Both the position numbers and the translations under genes were made by a program. A model generated the notes under the pieces. It saw nothing but the letters and a program-made list of their open reading frames with translations. It was not told the origin of the DNA and did no database searches. From Candidatus Heimdallarchaeota archaeon (GTDB taxonomy: Archaea > Asgardarchaeota > Heimdallarchaeia > JABLTI01), in NCBI GenBank assembly GCA_018238155.1, contig JABCTZ010000003.1, positions 164,289-228,288 on the forward strand: DNA of 64,000 bases. Direction: 5' to 3'. How positions within the stretch are numbered: position 1 is the stretch's first letter; each line of letters opens with the position of its first letter. Positions 60,713-64,000 of the stretch are shown one piece after another.

Positions 60713-62908
60713 ATGCCAGATAAACCTAGTATATCATTAAAAATTGCTGAAGCGCGGCAAAGGGACATTGGGAGACAAAAAGTGCGAATCGATGGTTTGT
60801 CTATGCGACAAATCAATGTGACCACTGGGGATGTTGTAGAAATCAAGGGGAAAAAAACTACTGCCGCAATTGCATGGCCAGCTTATCCTGAAGACCAAAA
60901 TGCCGGTTTGATACGAATGGATAAACTCTTGAGAAATAATGCTGATGTTGGTTTATCTGAAAAAGTTACTGTTACAAAAGCCAATGCAAAGAATGCTAAA
61001 GTAGTTACTCTTGCTCCATTTCAAACTCCAGTAGCAATTGATTATAGCTTCGAGAATTTCGTTAAAAGAAAACTATTAGGTTATCCTCTAACAGCAGATG
61101 ATACAGTGCTAATCCCTATTTTAGGAAAGTCATTACCATTCACAGTTACATCAACCACTCCAAAAGGTATCATTAGAATCACAGAGGACACAGAACTTAA
61201 AGTAATTGATAAACCTGTTCGAGTTGCTGATGATGACATATTAACAAGAACTTCATATGAAGATATCGGTGGTCTTGGTGGACAGATTCGAAGAATCAGA
61301 GAAATGGTAGAGCTACCTATGAAACATCCTGAATTATTCCAGAAATTAGGAATTGATCCTCCAAAGGGTGTTCTTCTACATGGTCCTCCTGGTTGTGGAA
61401 AAACACTTATTGCGAAAGCAGTTGCAAACGAGAGCACATCACATTTTGCTGTTATCAATGGTCCTGAAATAATGTCTAAATTCTACGGTGAATCTGAACA
61501 TCGCTTGAGACAAATATTCAAAGATGCCTCTGCAAAAGCACCATCAATTATTTTCATAGATGAGTTGGATGCTATTGCTAGTAAAAGAGCTGAAGTTACT
61601 GGAGAAGTTGAAAGAAGAGTGGTTGCTCAATTACTTGCTCTTATGGATGGAATGGTCTCTCGAGGTGAAGTTATAGTTATTGGTGCAACGAATAGACCAA
61701 ATGCTATCGATCCTGCTCTCAGAAGACCTGGAAGATTTGATAGAGAAATTGAGATAAGTGTTCCTGATAGAGATGGGCGTAGAGAAATATTACTTATCCA
61801 CTCAAGAAGTATGCCCCTGGCAAAAGATGTTAATCTTGATCTTCTCGCTGAGAAGACTCATGGGTACGTTGGTGCAGACTTACAAGCTCTCTGTAGAGAA
61901 TCTGCTATGAAAGCTCTGCGAAGATTTCTCCCTGATATTGATGATGCAGAGAATATTATCACTCCCGAATTACTCGAAAAGCTAGAAGTTACTCATGACG
62001 ATATGATTTCTGGAATGAAAGAAATTCAACCAACAGCAATACGTGAAGTATTCACTGAAATACCTAATATTCGTTGGAATGATGTGGGTGGGTTAGATAG
62101 TCAAGTACGTGAGTTGAAAGAAGCAATTGAATGGCCGCTTAAATTTAAGGAATCGTTCACTCGAATGGGTATTAGCCCCCCAAGAGGAGTGTTGCTTTTT
62201 GGTCCTCCTGGTTGTGGGAAAACATTGTTAGCGAAAGCTGTTGCAACAGAAAGTGAAGTAAATTTCATCAGCATTAAAGGACCTGCTCTCTTAAGTAAAT
62301 GGGTTGGAGAATCAGAAAAAGCCGTCCGAGAGATCTTCCGGAAAGCAAAGATGGCATCACCATCAATAGTCTTTTTTGATGAAATTGATTCATTAGCTCC
62401 AAAAAGAGGAAGTGGATTTGGTGACTCAGGGACAACTGAAAGAGTAATTAGTCAACTGTTAACTGAAATAGATGGTTTAGAGATGATGAAACAAATAGTT
62501 GTCATTGCAGCAACAAATAGACCTGATATTGTGGATACCGCTCTTCTCAGACCAGGACGATTCGATAGATTTGTTCTAATTTCACCACCAACACAAAAAT
62601 CGCGACTGAAGATTCTTGAAATCTTTACCAAAGAAATGCCCATAGCTGACGATGTAGACTTGAAATTACTAGCAAAATCATTAGATGGTTTCTCAGGCGC
62701 AGATATTGAATCACTATGTCGAGAAGCAGCAATGCTTGCTCTGAGAGAAGATATGAATACAAGTATAGTGAAACTGAAACATTTCAAGGGAGCAATGCAA
62801 AAAGTTCATGCATCAATCACGCCTGAAATGATGAAATTCTATGAAAAAGCAGCTGAGAACTTTAAGAGAACCAATATAGAAGTTTCACAAATAAATACCA
62901 CAATTTAA
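60713..62908 (+). CDS. cdc48: Cdc48/VAT AAA+ ATPase
   Basis: N domain plus two AAA modules ([22 protein letters not shown]). Confidence 0.97.
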   Translation: MPDKPSISLKIAEARQRDIGRQKVRIDGLSMRQINVTTGDVVEIKGKKTTAAIAWPAYPEDQNAGLIRMDKLLRNNADVGLSEKVTVTKANAKNAKVVTLAPFQTPVAIDYSFENFVKRKLLGYPLTADDTVLIPILGKSLPFTVTSTTPKGIIRITEDTELKVIDKPVRVADDDILTRTSYEDIGGLGGQIRRIREMVELPMKHPELFQKLGIDPPKGVLLHGPPGCGKTLIAKAVANESTSHFAVINGPEIMSKFYGESEHRLRQIFKDASAKAPSIIFIDELDAIASKRAEVTGEVERRVVAQLLALMDGMVSRGEVIVIGATNRPNAIDPALRRPGRFDREIEISVPDRDGRREILLIHSRSMPLAKDVNLDLLAEKTHGYVGADLQALCRESAMKALRRFLPDIDDAENIITPELLEKLEVTHDDMISGMKEIQPTAIREVFTEIPNIRWNDVGGLDSQVRELKEAIEWPLKFKESFTRMGISPPRGVLLFGPPGCGKTLLAKAVATESEVNFISIKGPALLSKWVGESEKAVREIFRKAKMASPSIVFFDEIDSLAPKRGSGFGDSGTTERVISQLLTEIDGLEMMKQIVVIAATNRPDIVDTALLRPGRFDRFVLISPPTQKSRLKILEIFTKEMPIADDVDLKLLAKSLDGFSGADIESLCREAAMLALREDMNTSIVKLKHFKGAMQKVHASITPEMMKFYEKAAENFKRTNIEVSQINTTI

Positions 62909-62915
62909 TTAGTAA

Positions 62916-63630
62916 ATGAATTCCTATAGTGATTTACGATATTTTGATCACTGCCCTTATGCTTACAAATGACCATTCATCTATGACTTTAATCCTGAAA
63001 TTACCAATTGCCCATAACAAGTCCATTCATAATATTCTCAATATTATTCACTCCAACAATCGTGCAAACCCTCCCAGTTTTGAGCTTGTAGAATAGATCG
63101 TTGATGAGAATTTCTTTCTCAGATATTGTACTCGAGAGTATATGGAGAGATTCAAGAGTAGTGCTACTCGCATCGTTCAAAATTACGTCAAGAATTTCGC
63201 TCATGAATTCAACTTGATCCTTGAAACCGAGAAATCTATTGACTTTGCTTTGGAAGAAACGCTTATTGCCAGTCAAATTAATCTTATCAAGAAGCTCAAT
63301 GAAAAAGGCGAGTTGGAAGCCCTCAAGATTGTTGACTTTAAAGAGCATGATAATACTGAGCTTGCTACCGATTATGTCAAACAGCTCCGACTCTACGCTA
63401 TTACTTCTATTCGTGCTTTAGGTTTCCATCCTAAACAAGCAACTGTTCACCTTTTAGATGAAGGAACTAGGTCTGAAGTTGATATCAGTCAAGACATCCT
63501 GAATGATGTTGAGGGTGAAATCTCTGAAACTGTTAGTAAGATTATGAGTCGTAAATTCTCCAAATATCCCTCTAAGAAAAAGTGCTTCGCTTGTGATTGG
63601 TTCTTTTTCTGTACAAAAAAGGGGAAATAG
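62916..63630 (+). pseudogene. Decayed RecB/AddB-type PD-(D/E)XK Fe-S nuclease domain
   Basis: SYSDL..F..CPY.YK* (TGA 62970), frameshift near 63010, KSIHNILN, TAG 63094, QINLI, IVDFK, QL.LYA, C..C....C. Confidence 0.8.
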
Positions 63631-63890
63631 GCAAAATTTATTGTTTCTGCTCAAGAGGTGATTAAGATTATCAAATGGTTTTTCAAAGATTTTCTATAGT
63701 CATAAAGTAGATGGATTATTCATAAAAATGCTGATTGAAAAAAGCACCTTAAATGCTAAAAATCAATTACTTGATGTGTCACTATGCTCCCAATCTTTAT
63801 ATAATCCTACGTAAATACTATCGCTTAATACTTGTGTGAAAGGAAGTATTAGAGAAAATGAGAGAGTGTATTATAAGAAAGGTTGTTAGT

Positions 63891-63983
63891 CTTTACTAAT
63901 CTTTTCTTTACTAATCTTTTCTTTACTAATCTTTTCTTTACTAATCTTTTCTTTACTAATCTTTTCTTTACTAATCTTTTCTT
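63891..63983. repeat. Perfect 15-bp tandem repeat (CTTTACTAATCTTTT)x6
   Basis: Six identical units with no spacers, plus a partial CTT. Confidence 0.97.
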
Positions 63984-64000
63984 CGCAAAAGGAATGATAA

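Noticed and set aside
62970-62972. In-frame TGA as selenocysteine, or TAG 63094 as pyrrolysine
   Set aside because: Neither is at a catalytic Cys-type position, and the same gene also has a frameshift, so it is simple decay
63891-63983. Possible CRISPR array
   Set aside because: Units are contiguous 15-mers with no spacers, and there are no cas genes; the nearby nuclease remnant is AddB-like and disrupted

Overview
AT-rich archaeal chromosomal window with no mobile element or CRISPR array. The gene repertoire and style suggest an Asgard/Heimdallarchaeia-like host, but that is inference only. It holds about 60 CDS. Replication and repair: FEN1, RFC-L, an XPD-like helicase, a RadB-like ATPase and Hef. 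Lipid head-group synthesis: psd-pss. Housekeeping: thermosome, Nop5-fibrillarin, eL42-PAC2, CysRS, Cdc48 and tRNA-Thr(CGU). Also present are an Mrp + TusBCD/DsrE/TusA sulfur-relay cluster and a Zn/Mn ABC operon with a perfect 20-bp operator. The standout is a stand-alone 5S rRNA gene at about 47807-47955 that is circularly permuted, with its 3' half ahead of its 5' half. It is enclosed by an 11-bp stem carrying a bulge-helix-bulge-like motif built from a duplicated CCGGAA. Canonical splicing-endonuclease cleavage plus ligation would give an exactly 120-nt circular 5S with the conserved ...CCGGAA|GUUAAGCC junction restored. Other leads: an unidentified ~230-nt structured RNA candidate (36860-37088); a cluster of Ig-repeat surface protein, membrane proteins and degenerate enzymes among the repair genes (11-30 kb); a CTL/SLC44-like transporter; a Trx-V4R-V4R protein; two disrupted genes; and a 15-bp tandem repeat.
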